A program made the translations under genes and the position numbers. The notes beneath the pieces were generated by a model. It saw only the letters and a program-made list of their open reading frames with translations. It had not been told where the DNA came from and searched no databases. A stretch of 64,000 bases of DNA from NCBI GenBank assembly GCA_040357565.1, contig JBDODJ010000041.1. One strand, written 5' to 3'. The DNA is from Cercozoa sp. M6MM. Lineage: Eukaryota; Protista; Endomyxa: Ascetosporea. Shown here in pieces: positions 26,269-39,599 of the stretch (positions are counted from its first letter, which is position 1; each line of letters begins with the position of its first letter).

Positions 26269-26639
26269 TCAGCATTCAGTTCACCCACGCCATGTCGTGT
26301 GCTCTAGCATGTGACTAGCACGCGACGCCCATATGCAGTATATCGACCGGACCAAGCCAGTTTGCAATTGCTTGAGACGTTATTTGCTTCACTCTGTTCA
26401 ACCAGTTCAGTTGACACGAGAGGCCTGGCCGCGGGTTATCAGATCGCGCGGCCTATTGTACGATCCGACTCCGACCAGCCAGGTCGGGATCCGCTTAGTA
26501 CGTGACGTGACCGGACTCATGCTGGACGGACGGGAGTCGAGTCGAGTCTTCTTTATTCTCGACCATCGCTCAAAAGTTTGAAAGGAACGAGCAGGGAGAG
26601 ACGAGGCTGACCTCCGCTAAGTGTAAATTTGCAGAGCAA

Positions 26640-27458
26640 CTAGACGAGCACGCCCTTGGACTCCTGCTGCTGCTGCCGCGCGTAGGCCTCGACGTTGCGT
26701 CGCTCGAGTTCACTTGAGTGCATGTTTTGCGCCTGCGCAAGTCGCGTGAGTTGACATCGATCAGTTGGTGCACACAGTTAGAGCGAGGTACCTGAGCCTG
26801 AGCCACCGCTTCGCGGAGGTTGTGCTGATCTTCGAACCTGCAAGCCAGACAAGACAGGCAGAGTGAGCACACCACACACAGAGCAAGGTCTAAATCAGCA
26901 AAATCAGCCTACTCATCGATGAGCTTCTCGCGCATGCGAATCTGCTCGGTCATCTTCTCGACTGCCTGCTCAAACAAACGTAGTCAGGCCATATCCTCGG
27001 CAGGCAGAAAGGGACACAAGCCAAAGACACACCATGCTGAGGTTGTCACGGTTGGCCTGCACCTTCGGCAGTGCCGTAGCCACCGTTTCTTGCACCAGCA
27101 CGCCTCCCACCTGTGTCACACGAGTCTATCTGCTACCATCCAAGCTTTGCTCAGGCCCAGGATACCAGGTGGTAGCACACTCGGTCATCCTCGAGGTCCG
27201 ACATTGTACGACAGACCAGTCTGCGGGCATTGGGCATACATCGAGCTTGTTTAACAGAGCGAAAACTAGGTAAGGTACGAATGCTCGTTGAGCTTGATGT
27301 TGACGTCGTTCAGCTTGGCGTAGGCCTGAGTGGCAGCAACTCATTCTCTCAAGCGCCCGGGAGAGACACAGAATGCATACCTGTTTCAGCTCCGCCTTCA
27401 TCTGACGCCACTTTTGAAGTAACTGCGTACGCACGACTTCTTCGTTTTGCTCGGACAT
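26640..27458 (-). CDS. PFDN2: Prefoldin subunit 2
   Basis: Spliced: ..NEHSLVCRTMSDLEDDRVCYHL|VGGVLVQETVATALPKV..N; ends ESKGVLV*, the typical PFD2 C-terminus. Confidence 0.9.
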
Positions 27459-27750
27459 GGCAGAAAGTCGTTAGATTGGCGAATCGGCAGAAAGTGCAAA
27501 CCACAGATTGCAGTTCTCTGCTGAGTCAAACACTGATCTATTCCGTATACACACGCCTGCTGGTAGCCCAGACCGGCACTGGAGTGCAAAAGCGTCGATC
27601 GGCTCCAAATCTTGAGCCGCCAGCATTTGATTGTTTTTCCCGCGCTTCTCTAGTCACACATTGCCTTAGAATGCATCCAACCTGCTTGAACGAATTGAAA
27701 CAGTCCCGGTTATTGTAAACAAATAGTGCAGGCACACCGGGCAGATTGGG

Positions 27751-29230
27751 ATGAAGTTTGAAGCTCGGGCAGATGGAACTGTCATGGGCTACTTTGCCGG
27801 TACATTTGTCTGCGTGTTATCTCCGTTGTGGATGTAAAAGACACGGTGAGCAGATGTGGCACACGCACTCCGCTCTGCTGGTGTCCAAAAGGTGCTCCTA
27901 AGTGGCACAGAAGGCGGTGTTGGTCTGCTTGCCTCGAGTGTATTAATACCATTGTCTCCGCTCAGTTCGGGTCGAACGCAGCTGTTTCGCAATGCACTTA
28001 GGCTCTCACGAACGGTGACCATCAAGTGTTTGTTCGAATCAAGAAATCGTTTTTCTCATTGTACAAGATCGAAAGCAATGTACTCTCTGGATATTCTATC
28101 AAACTTGCCTCTGTGTCCACTTATGAATTCACACCGCTGCAGCGCGACAAGAACAGAATAAACATGGAAGTGAGCGTTAGCAACATTTGTGCGGTAGTTG
28201 TTTTTAACATTTCCCACATCTGTACCGTTTTATACTTTTGCACCAGGGAATGAAGCACGCGAGAAACCAATCGTTGCGTAAAACAGAGTGGCGACTGGTC
28301 AAGGTTCGTTTTCTTGCCGCGTCCAGCGAGTTAATTTATTGGGCTCATTTTGTGGTTTGATTACCCTTGCAGGACATTGAAACAAACGCTCCAGTGCTGA
28401 AGCTGAGCTTTTTTATTGTACGGTTTTCTTTTCAACGTGAAATATAAAATACTTAAAATGTTATGCAGAATAAAGACGATGAAAGTGACGCAGTCGTGCG
28501 TGTTCCCGTTCTTCTCGACTCATCAGGGTATTGAGTTGGTCGTCTGTAGTGTTCGAACGACTACTGATTCTTTGCTTGCACGCAGTGAGAGCCACCTGCA
28601 GTATGAGGAGCCGAATCTGCCGCCACCGATCGAGCGAGTGTGCTGTCCGAACTACGAGGTCAGTTCTTCCCTTCCTTTTTGAAATGTTTGTATGCTTTCA
28701 TTTGTGTAGATGCTGAAGAATTCGTTGGATCGCATGCGCACAGTGTAGCCCGTGTTTTCGTAACTTATTTGGAAAGTGTAATTTTTCCTCTTTGCAGTTC
28801 TGATCGCGTTCTCGTCGAATTCGACACTGAAGTCGGCGAACTCAAACTTGAAGCGAAAGGCGAGCTGGTTCAGTTGGGTATCCTCAGACACTTACTGTTC
28901 GTTTTTTAGCTTTTTATTCACGTGCGTCCGTTGCGTAGGTGTAAAGTTCACCAACCTAAAAGTTGAAGGTTCCGCGCGGAGCAACGAAGATGACGAAGAG
29001 TGCTGTTTTGCCACGGTGCATACCGTGGATTTGCAGCGGCTGGCGCAGTGTTTCGCTGCCTTTGACACGACCATCTCGCGAATGTACAGCGTGTGTCTCT
29101 GTTAGGTTTCTTTCCCATCCTACTTGTTTTGTGTAGAGTGCTCGTGGAGGATATGTGCGTGACCGGCATCGCACGCAACGAGTGGTTCATGCTGACCTTC
29201 TACGTGCCGCTCCTCGCCTGCGATGACTGA
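27751..29230 (+). CDS. HUS1: HUS1-like 9-1-1 checkpoint clamp subunit
   Basis: MKFEAR start, FFSLYKIESN|RDKNRINMEV, YEEPNLPPP, LKNSLDRM, GELKLEA, VDLQRLAQC, C-terminal LTFYVP; matches the Hus1 pattern. Confidence 0.78.
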
Positions 29231-29305
29231 TCCTGATTCGATAGCTATCAGACAAGTCTCGTCTGGCCTACCGTTCAGTTTGTCGTGTACTGCGCTGTAC
29301 GTAAG

Positions 29306-31823
29306 CTAGATAAAAAGATCTTGATCATCGTCAGAGTCCGCGAGTTCTTCAGCCTGCTGTGCGAGTCCTGAGTCGGACCTCCCAGAGGCCGAGGTTTGAG
29401 GCGTCTCCTGGGCGAGAAAGGCTAGGTGCAGATCGTCCAGTGCGTCGTGTGTCACATGCGGTGCAAAAGCTCTTTCTGTAGACTCCAAGAGGAAGGTACA
29501 TTCAAGAGGAAGGCACACTCAGGAGGAAGGAAGTGTGGGAGGACAGAACATAGGTTGGTGGGGCGTGTACCAGCATGTGCGACGAGTGCCTTGGCGAAGG
29601 CAGGCGAGGCAACGGCGGGATGATCGCCGAGTCGCTTTAGCATAGCAATCACGCCGGTCATGTCTTCTTGTGCGCACAGATCTTGCTCCAGCAACTCGAG
29701 CAGCTGTCCAGAGACACAACAAGACACCCAATCAACCAGATCGGTTACAATGGCACAAGGGACATAGAGACAAGAAGTACAGCCAGGCCGCACGTGAAAA
29801 GTGCCGGCCAACCACGAGCTAGAAACAAATCAAACACGCGACATTTGACGTCTTCAGGCAGAGGCTATAACACACGGTTGTACACGATGGGCATTGTTTC
29901 TTTTAAGGAAGCATGGTACAGCGTAGGTGAAGGCGGTCGCAATCCACTCGGTGGCAAAGTGCATCGGATGCACGCCCTGTCACACATATACAAGGTATAC
30001 AGGGTCCGAGGACAGAGCCTTAAAAACCCTACCATGTCCTCCATCCGGTATAGAAGTGTTGGCAGGTGCTGTCGCAACAAGGCACGCAACTGCACGAAAC
30101 CCAGTGCCAGTCCTGACTCGTCAGTCACACAGGGTTAACAAAGGAGTACAAGGGGTAAATTTAGCGTCTAATAGGGCGAGAGGAGTACCTGGTACTTTAC
30201 TGCCAAAGATACGTCGCATGCCGTATCGAGGGTCGCGATCGAACATCTCCATGGCACCCTAAGTTACATACACTGTGAGTCTATACAAACACTCACATAG
30301 AAACCAGGCAGTTTCTATGTACCAAAGCAACAGCCTCAGTCATTGGATCATCGCGCCATTGCATCAGTTTCAACAGGTGAGCCACCTGCAATGTATATAT
30401 ATACCCAGATAGAGTGCGGGCACGCCTAGAGTGACAAAAAGCTACCACAAAGCCCATGCCCTGCGTGTAGCCAACGCGTGGCCACTTGAGCGCAAAGGCC
30501 GACAGAACACGGCGCACCATACCGCGGCGTCGTTCGCGTTCCACCACGTCCTCGACGTCATCTACGGGGTGTGTAACATACAGATAAGGGGGGGGGGGTA
30601 AAGTCCTACCATCCAGTATGGTGCGTGGCACGTCGCACCGCAGCGCAGTCATTGCCGTGCGCAGTTTCTTCCTGGTCTACATTGTCACTTGCGTTTCGTT
30701 CCCTGTCCAGAAGAAACCAAAGCTGACTTACGGAAGGAGAGAGACGGTTCAGATCGGTCAGATCGACGTCAATGTCAGCGTCGTTTTTGCTACTGTTGTG
30801 TGTTGTTGTTGGAGAAGCCACCACGTCCAGATGAACCTGGTACACAACTCTGTATTTGCTACCATAGTCTCTTAATCCATTCACTGAACACACCTCACTC
30901 AAGACGGCAAAACGAGCCAAATTCTGCAACAGAGCGTCGTCGCACGAGGCTGTTCGGACTTCCTGGTGCTCGCCTCTGCAGGTACCATATATTGTTCCAT
31001 CTGTACTACCATATACTTCCTGCAGACTAAAATGTACCGACTGCGAAGGAAGGAGCGAACGCGCGAGTGCAGCAGCAAATCACGCCGTGTGACACCTTGC
31101 ACCACGCCACGTGCACACACGTCGCTGTACACACAAGTCAGAAGAGTGATTTGGGGGTAATTAGAGGTGGAACGCGTTAAAGCAAAAAGTGAAGGAGTTA
31201 AGGATAAAAAATTAAGGTAAAACAAGTTAATGCAAAGGTACTCGTCATCCAGCATGATGTCCACAGCGAGCTGAAACGGCGCCGGCAGCGTCAACGCTTC
31301 GTCCAGCGGCAAAAACAGCAGCACGCGCGCCAGCACCTCAGGTGTCAGTTTAGTATCCACATGCTTCCTGCAACAACAGCATTCAACTAAAGCAACATAC
31401 AACAGAAGGAAGCAAGCAAGGTTACAAAGCTGACGCCATGCGAATGTGCACCGGTGTTTGTTGGCGCCGACTACGACGCGGAGGGTCCTAAAGCAGCACC
31501 CATGAACCCATCATACAATGCAGAACTGAGTCTGGCAAGACTTGAGGTGTGTACCAGTGTGGCAATGTGATGCCGCCACTGCTCATCAAAATCTTCTCTT
31601 GTCTCGCTCAATTTTTCGGTCGTCTCGGTGGCGCTTTCGTTCTCGTCTCCTGCTTCCAAAAAGCACACGTGTCGAACACACATGCATGCAGAATAAAAGG
31701 TGCGGCAATAATACTGTTCACGATGTCGTGCAAGTATGAGAACGCCACGGCTGCGCCGACACCAAATAGACCGCCCACCATGCCAGCACCGACGGCCAAG
31801 CCCAAGCGCGCGCGATTATTCAT
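29306..31823 (-). CDS. TBC-domain Rab GAP with N-terminal TM segment and F-box-like motif
   Basis: N-terminal hydrophobic LGLAVGAGMVGGLFGVGAAVAF; LTPEVLARVLLFLPLDEAL; TBC fingers LRCDVPRT and GYTQGMGFVVAHLL; LRQHLPTLL. Confidence 0.85.
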
Positions 31824-32307
31824 CTCGCTGCGCCGGGAAACGCAGATAATTCGCCACCAACAGCCTGACCGAAATGCCAAAATACCAATCCCACAGGCTA
31901 CCAACGGTATTTTCTGCCACTTGCGGTGCCTAAGATTGCGCGAAAGTGCCTTTCCAAGCCGGAACCAGAAAACCGAAGTCTCGGCTCAGTTTTAAATCGG
32001 CTCATAAAGAAAAACTCAATCACAGATCACTGGCGAAACAACCGAACAGCGGTAATAGTGCCTTTTGAAACATGATACACGTTCTTCACTTATCCCCATT
32101 TCGGACAGCTGGGTTCGGTATCGATACTATGTGCAGACAACAAGTCAGTTTGTTGATAAGTCAGTTGGCAAGTGACACGCTTGTCTTCAGTCACTCTTGC
32201 TCGTGTTTGCAACAATTACTGTAGTGCTGCTTCGCACTTCCGCTGAGTTTTTTGTTGAAGTTGAATCGCGAGTCTTGGAGACATAACGATACCCGAACCT
32301 TAAAACA

Positions 32308-33374
32308 ATGCTGTTGCTCCTTTCAATTTTGGTTGCGCTGGCGTCGAAGCAAGCGCGCTCACATTCAGCTGGCAGTCCAGGATGCTTTGCAAAGTACCTT
32401 ACAGTTTGAAGTCTCTTTTTCACTGGCAGCTTTACTGTTTTTTGCATTTCCCGGGACAGTCAAGCTACAATAGAAGAAGCGACGTCGGCCATGACTTGGG
32501 TCCGGAAAGGCGAGGATGCTGGAGGCTTTGTTGTGCTGGTAACTTTACGTTTCGTTGCAGTCTTTCTGCTGATGGTGAAGTAACGATAGGTTGGATCTGA
32601 CGGAGAGAAAGTGAAAATAACCCTGCAAGCACCTGAAACGGAAAATGTCCACGCTTTTGTAATTGTGTGGTCTCTTTCCAGTTTCGTTCAAAGAAACATA
32701 AGGTTTTAATGATTGAATTTTTCACAGGACGTCGTGAAATATGAGGAGGGAGTGTCGGTGACTACGTCGGAGGCACAGGCTGGCAGCTTTACGCTCGGCG
32801 ACAGGCAGAGTTTTGGAACTGTAAAATTTCAGTTTGGGTTGTTTGATTTTGGGGGTTCACCGACAATTGTGTATTTATGATACAACTTACATTGTCGGTG
32901 AGGACCAGGGTGTCTGTGCGCGTCCTACTTCACAGGTCACACACAGTCAACCTGTGCGTGAGTCCTCGGTGTCGGCTACTTGGTCGCCTCCGCAGACGCA
33001 GGCGGTCACGCGGTTTGTGGCTCGGGCCATAGCCTATGGCACCGACTTCGCGATGCACCTTGCCGTGAGCGAACCTTTTGACCCCGCCACGCTTGTTTGT
33101 ACTTTTCTCGGCTTGAACCTTATTGTTTGCCCGCACTGTACGAAATAGAAATTCAGTGAATTAAATCTTTAGTGCTGTAGCGTCCGGTGCGGAGGCCGAC
33201 GAAAAAGACAGTGAACAACAGACAGTGGATGATCGAACCAACGACGCATGTTTGCTCTTTTCTGCCTTACCCACGTACTCGAGCTTCCATCCAACACAGT
33301 CGCTCAAAAATTCATGGTCTTTTGCGCAGAGTCACAGCTGTAGCGGCAAGCATTGTCGCAAGAGAATGAACTGA
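32308..33374 (+). CDS. Secreted Reeler-domain-like protein
   Basis: Signal peptide MLLLLSILVALASKQARS, HSAGSPGC, GSF..C...QVTHS....SVSATWSPP...FVARA, matching the Reeler pattern; GT-AG introns keep frame. Confidence 0.6.
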
Positions 33375-33506
33375 CACTGAACTGAAGGCTTTATATTCGG
33401 ATGCAACTTCAACTGAAGTTGAATGTAAAAGACCCGTCAAGTCGCGAGCCATTGGCCTCGGCCAATTCAAAACTTTAACAATTGTAATTTAGTTTCAGTT
33501 CAGTTT

Positions 33507-36500
33507 TTAAGTCGCTGTAAAAACGAACGACGTGCGACGTGATTGCGTTTGCAACGCCTTCTTGAAGGTCGAGATGAAATCTTCGGCACTGCGTTTTCAG
33601 CATCAAAATGCGACACACATGATTCAGTATCATAACGTGCACAAATGCCGGTGGTCGAGACCAAAGTACACTTTAGAACCGCAGCGTGCAACTACAACAT
33701 CCCAAGTTCGCAGCCATATTTCGAGCGCAACTGTCTTGCGACGCGTATCTGAGTCGCGACGAGGTGTTTCGTCCAACGAAACACCGCAGATCTCAAACAT
33801 TGCAATCGCGTCCATCAACGCATCGTCAGCGGACACTGCGCGAAATTAGTTTCAATGTATCTAATCAGCAAAATAATGACACCTTTGCGGTAGGAACCGA
33901 GCAGCTGATTGAAGGAAGCTGCTTGCAGCAAGTCGACAACGCCTTTCGTTTCAAAGTCCATCTGGTTGAAAATGTCGGACAAAGAATGAAACAACTCCTT
34001 CGACAACGAAATCCCGGCGGGTGCGCCGGTGTCGCGGTCGAGTTGAGCGATATCGATGCCTTGACTCGCAAGGAAATCGCGCAGCTGTTGGAACAAACCT
34101 CGCTCGGATTCCAAGGATATGACGGATTCTGCCGAGGGTTCGTGTGGCACTTGTTTCGGTTTTCGCGAGGGACGCATTCGGGGTGAGCGACGCGGTGGAG
34201 TGCGTGGTGAAGATTTTTTCGCTGATTTAAGCACTTCTTCGTCCTTTTCGTGTTTTTTCTCGACCTTTTTGATAACAGCTTCCACAGGTAAAGTCAAAGT
34301 GAGATCTCCCTCCCTCGAACTGGGCTTCACAGGCACAGGCGAAGGAGGTTTCGACTCTACTTCAGCATCGGGAAGCCATGGTTGCTCGATAGAGCGATCT
34401 TTAGGCTTTTCAAGAGGAGTTTTCACAGCAACGACGGCCGTTTTGGTGCTTTTCTTCTTTCGAGCCTGTCTGGGTCGCGGTGTTTCGTTTCGAGTTTGAA
34501 CAGTGCGTACGCGTTGTGTTTGCCACTTTCTCACGTGAGTGCGGCGTTTGCACAACTCCTTTTTAAAGACTTCTGGTTTGCCGCCTTCTTCAGGCAAAAA
34601 TAGCTCGGGCTCGGGCCGCACTTCGGGTTGACTGAGAGATAGTTGCGCTTCTTTGAGCAGCTCGCTGAGTGACACGGTAGGCTCAGACGACGGATCGACT
34701 TCTCTGCCACACAGCAATCCGAGTAACGTGCGTAGGAGCGGTACATCTTCCCAGACGACAGAAAGCTGCCAAGTGCTGAGCTTTGTCTTCGTATCGCGCG
34801 AGGTAATGACGTGGTGCAGTTGCTTTTTCGGCATCGACTTTGCCATCTGGAGCACTTCTTCCAGCAAGGACGTGCGCGTTTGCTCGGTTTCTTGTTCGGT
34901 CTCAAGCCCCTGTGTGTGCTGCTGCTGCTGCTGCTGTTGGCTTCGCAGTAGTTCCTCGCTCAAGGCAGTTCTGACGTCGGTCGACAGATCCGTGAGGATT
35001 CCTTTTTCAAGCTGCATGAAGGTGTCCTCAGTTCGTGTGTCGAATACCACCCTCGGACGAGAGTATTTCTGCAGGAGACGCAGCTTTTCCTGAAATACAT
35101 CAACTGTGCGACGTCGCTCTTGGTCTTCCTCGACAGCTCTCGAGCTCCACTGTTTGAAGTCATGCTTTCTTGGCGTTGGCAAGTTGGCTATTTCGATCTG
35201 TATCACTGGTTCGACTTGCAATGTTGTAGTAGCTCTCGTCAGTTTGCCTGGTATTATAGAACTAGGTTTCAAAGCCGTGTGCGGTGGTTTTGACATTGTT
35301 GTTTGCGCTCTTCGCAGCCGCTGTAGTCGCTGTGCATCGTTTTCGTCCAGTTTCTGCGTCTTTACGTCAGAAAAAAGCAGTTCGGTTGTCGTAAACGATG
35401 TCACTTCACTCTCCGGCTAAGGGCACAATGAAACAATCAGAAGTTAATTCATAGACATCTTTTGAAAGAAAAGAAATATACCCTAGGCATTTCCTTCGTG
35501 CTAAGGTTGGACATGAGTGTGTATGGATCACTGACACTGCGACCGGTGGGCAACTCCTCCAGGGTCCACAAGGCCCCGCACGATTTCCGCTGCATCTGTG
35601 CTGAAGCAGGAAGCAGAGGCACATGTGCCACGGCTGGAGGTGCCGTGGTAACTGATCTGGACTGAGTGGCCTCTTCAAACACGGAGAGCAGATCGGCAGC
35701 AGATGGTTCGGCATGCTTGAGTGTTGCCTCGGTGCTCCTTCTTTGAAGAAGGAGAGAGCGCGATCTCGAGCTTCTTCTTTCCTGCAGCTGGCGCTCAAAT
35801 CGATCGGCATCTGCGTCGAAACAGGTGATTTCAGGATGAAGGGTGTAATAGCTTGATATGCTGCTTCCAAGGGTTGCAGGTTCAGTCTGCACTCGGGATT
35901 CGACGGTTTTGGGTTTTCGTATTGCTCGCAACTTCGCGAGTAAACGTTTTCTCATAAGAACTTCACGCACGAAGAGTTCGTGCGTGTCCTGCGGACTTTG
36001 CCACGAAAACAAGGGCGATAAGTGAAAGTTCGCTGGCTTTCGACGCCGCAGACGCTGGACGCGAAATTGTACGAGCGCACGAACTTGGTTTCGCTTCTGC
36101 AGCACAGACGAGAAGTGCTTTTGTTGCGCTGTCTGCCTTCTCTGTTCTGCTTCTAGCACTTTGGTTTTGTACTTAATCACTCTGTGCTGAGCAAGTCGAG
36201 TTTTGTGTGTGTACTTCGTATCCTAACGGATAAAACAGTGGAACGTCAATGGCTTCCGACATATTCGGGGGGGGGGGGGGTACTTTAGAGTAAATTACCA
36301 TATGCTTCCGTGCGTCTTCATTAAAGATAGCATCGTAGCTCGCCCGTGTTGCGAAAGGAAACACGCTGTTTGGGGTCTTCGCGGACACAAGCTCCGATAG
36401 CTTCTGCGATCAAAGACCAAATAATCGATCCTCCGGAGGAGCAGATTTGTTTTGAAGAACTAAACAAAAACTGAAACGAACCTGATGTCCGGTCGGTATA

Positions 36501-36535
36501 AAACTGTCCGGTGCTAGCGCGAGCTCATGCGACAT
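33507..36535 (-). CDS. Large hypothetical protein with low-complexity core and C-terminal EF-hand-like motif
   Basis: Long exons 35449-36180 and 33815-35404; IFNQMDFETKGVVD resembles an EF-hand loop; stop TAA at 33507. Confidence 0.65.
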
Positions 36536-36680
36536 AGCGCACTTCAGAGATTTTTTAATTCCTTCCTCTAAACTCAGGCCGAGCACACTTTATTCTTGCC
36601 GAAGTTTCGGTCGGTTGCTGCGAAACGCTTTCGATGAACACCGGAGCCACCATGACGCATGATATACGTAAGTAACTGGA

Positions 36681-39277
36681 TCATTTGGGTGGCGGCAGTT
36701 TAACTATCAGCTGCACGGCACGTCGCACGGCGTCGTCGTCGATGCTGAGCAGTGTGTCGTCAAGTCGAATTGTTACGGGCTCTAGAGTCACACCCGGCAC
36801 AGGCCACAGCGGGTAAATCGAGAGGGTCTCGCCGTCGGAGCGTTGCAGCGTCAAAAGGGGTGGCAAATGTGCAGCATGCATCACTCGTTGCAGCAATTGA
36901 CTCCGAGGCACATAGGCCACCTTGGGATCGCTGCACAGAATCGAATATAGGAAGGTGTAAATTTAGGGTTCAGGTATCAGAACCAACAGTAATCAGAGAA
37001 GCGTATGAAACCCCAAGATGCGTTGCGTGTTTTCACCACTGACGACACGATCAGTGGCATCAGTACTTAGCCCAATGAGGCGTACCGGCCCAAGATCGGA
37101 CCTGTCCATTGAGATGTGCATCTCGTTTCCCGTAACTGAGACGGTCTGACCCAGTAGCTGCAAGATAGAGGTCAGCGCAGGAACGAGTCGTGACACTGAG
37201 CGATACTGCAAACCCTCCACCCAGCGACTGCTGAAGTGCTTGGCCTAAATTTACACACAAGAGTGAGAACTAGCAAAAAGACATCTAGAATTGTGATACT
37301 GTATCTCTAATCGCTTTGTGCATACCAGAAAGCCACCACAGAACACGGTGGTATTGATGCCGCTGCGCTGGATTGCCAGACGATCTACAAAAGCATGCTC
37401 GGGAATAGGGACAAAAGCAGAGTTCTCCGCAAAAATGGTAGTGTATGTTTACAATCGTAGGTGCACTGGGCAGGTGCGCGATGGTATGCCGCGAGCTGTA
37501 GGTGCTTCTGCGAGCGCTCGAGATGCCTATCGCTTGTGCCACTACCTTGTCCTTCTGTTTATGAAGAATATTCCACAAGTGCACGTGTTTCAGTTTTCAT
37601 AGATAGATTTCAGGACAGTATTAAAATAGTAATACCACGTCCCGAGTCGTAGACGACTACAGCATTATTGAGGCGCGCTGCACTGAGTCCCCACCGACGC
37701 AACAGGACCGGTAGTATCTTGGGCTCCTCGGCGAAGCGGTCAAGAAAGAAGTACTCACGTTCATGCTTGCGCAGTAACTCGTCGTTGTACAGTACTGCAT
37801 GGCTCTGTGTGTATGTGTATATATTCACAGCAAACACAGATGTCAAAGGAGTAAAAAGACCTCAGCGAAGCTGCTAACATCGGAGACGTGAGGAATATTG
37901 TGGCTGTCAGCGTCGGCGATCAAGTGTCGTGTCATCGGAATGTTCAGTCTAATGTGCAAAGAGTGCATACACCCTGTGTGTTTAAAGCGTGTTTTACGGG
38001 CGTCCGTGCAAACGCGCACCAGCGAGCGAGTCCAAGTCGGGCGTGTTCTCCACAATTAACGGTGTCCACACGAACACTAAATTTACACCAACTATCTAAT
38101 TAAGAAGAGACACACATTTTATACATTTAAATTGTATAAGAAAGCTAGACTACCTTCTGGTGTGTGTTTCGCAAAGTCCACTGTCGAAGTGTAGGGTGTC
38201 CGTGGTCTCAGGTGTTAGAAGAGTCGTAAGATACAGCTTACCAAGACGTGAAACAACGGTTGCAATGTCGGCGTATCTGGAGTGTCGGGTGTCCAAAGGT
38301 ACTTGATCGCACTGCTTGCATACAACTTTAGAGAAACCATTATTTTGTCAATATCAATGCACATCGGTTTACGTGAGTGGCGTAGATGAACTTGACGCGG
38401 TTGTTGGAAAGACTACGAGCAGCGCGAGTTCCGATGAGCCGTGCAGTATGCTCACCTCGTACCTCGCCCTTCAATAAGTGTACATATTTTTTTAGGTAGT
38501 TGTAAACAATGGGGGTACCGTCATGTCTACAAGTGCGACGTAATGCTTTGTCTGCTGGACCCACTCGTGCAGTTGCAAGAAGTTCGACAGGTGCGTCTCC
38601 AATACAAAAATCGTCGCAAACTTCTCCGAAACAAACTGCTTCAGCACCGACGCTATCAGTTAATCGAAACATTTTAAGTACACAATTTAGAGAAAACTGG
38701 AAGTCAGTTTTAACTTAAGATAATGCGAAAAGATGGAAAATTAAGGCTACAGACAGTTATTTATCTGCGTACAATGTGTAAGATACAGAAGAGGGGTTAC
38801 CAGGATCGCCTTCTACTTCATGAGGCATGCAGCCCTGGTACGAACATAAATTGAAGAGACGAGCGGCAAGTAAATTACGTCGACAAAGAGGAGGCCAAGA
38901 AGTACAGAGAGGCAGATACTGTACCAAGAGACCCTCGCGATGGGTGACAACAATTGCTATGTCGACGTTTGGAATGTCTAAATTTAAAGCCACAATGAAA
39001 CCACGGTTTTATTTTTGCACTTATGCGACGTACTGTCAGGGTCGTGAAACGCGTCGCTAAGCGTAATACGTTTAATGTCCGTAAGTGTCAACTTCACTGT
39101 CAAACAAAACCGGAGAGTTTCATGACAGTCAAGCAAAAGTTGTTTTGAATTCTAAAAAACGTACACGGCGGTGCAGTGCGAGTGATGCTTTCGAAAGCGA
39201 ATGCGTTCATCAACAGTGACTTTGTTGGCTCAGGAAGAGATGATACCGCCTGAGAAGTCATACGGCAGTGCTTCATG
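36681..39277 (-). CDS. Hypothetical multi-exon protein
   Basis: Series of short minus-strand exons with GT-AG boundaries ending ...LIVKLPPPK*; no family recognised; start uncertain. Confidence 0.5.
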
Positions 39278-39599
39278 GCACAATTAAACTTAAATGCAAG
39301 CAGGGCGTAAATAACTTACAGAAGCAAGGACGTTTTGCTTCGTTTCCGTTGTTGGCTTGCACGTCGGGCTTATCTAAAGAAACTTACAGAAACATAAAGA
39401 AATACACAAGCACGCTATGACGGTGTATGCTACGGAGCAAAGACCGAAGTATATCATGCCGAGTTGCAACGCCACGAGCAGCGCCGCAAGGATGCTGCGA
39501 AGCACGAGAGTTTTGTAAGAGACCGACTGTTGCGGTAGTTGTTGCTGCTGTTGGTGTTCACGTCGCCCATCATTAAGTGCAACGGCGTGCAGCTGTATC

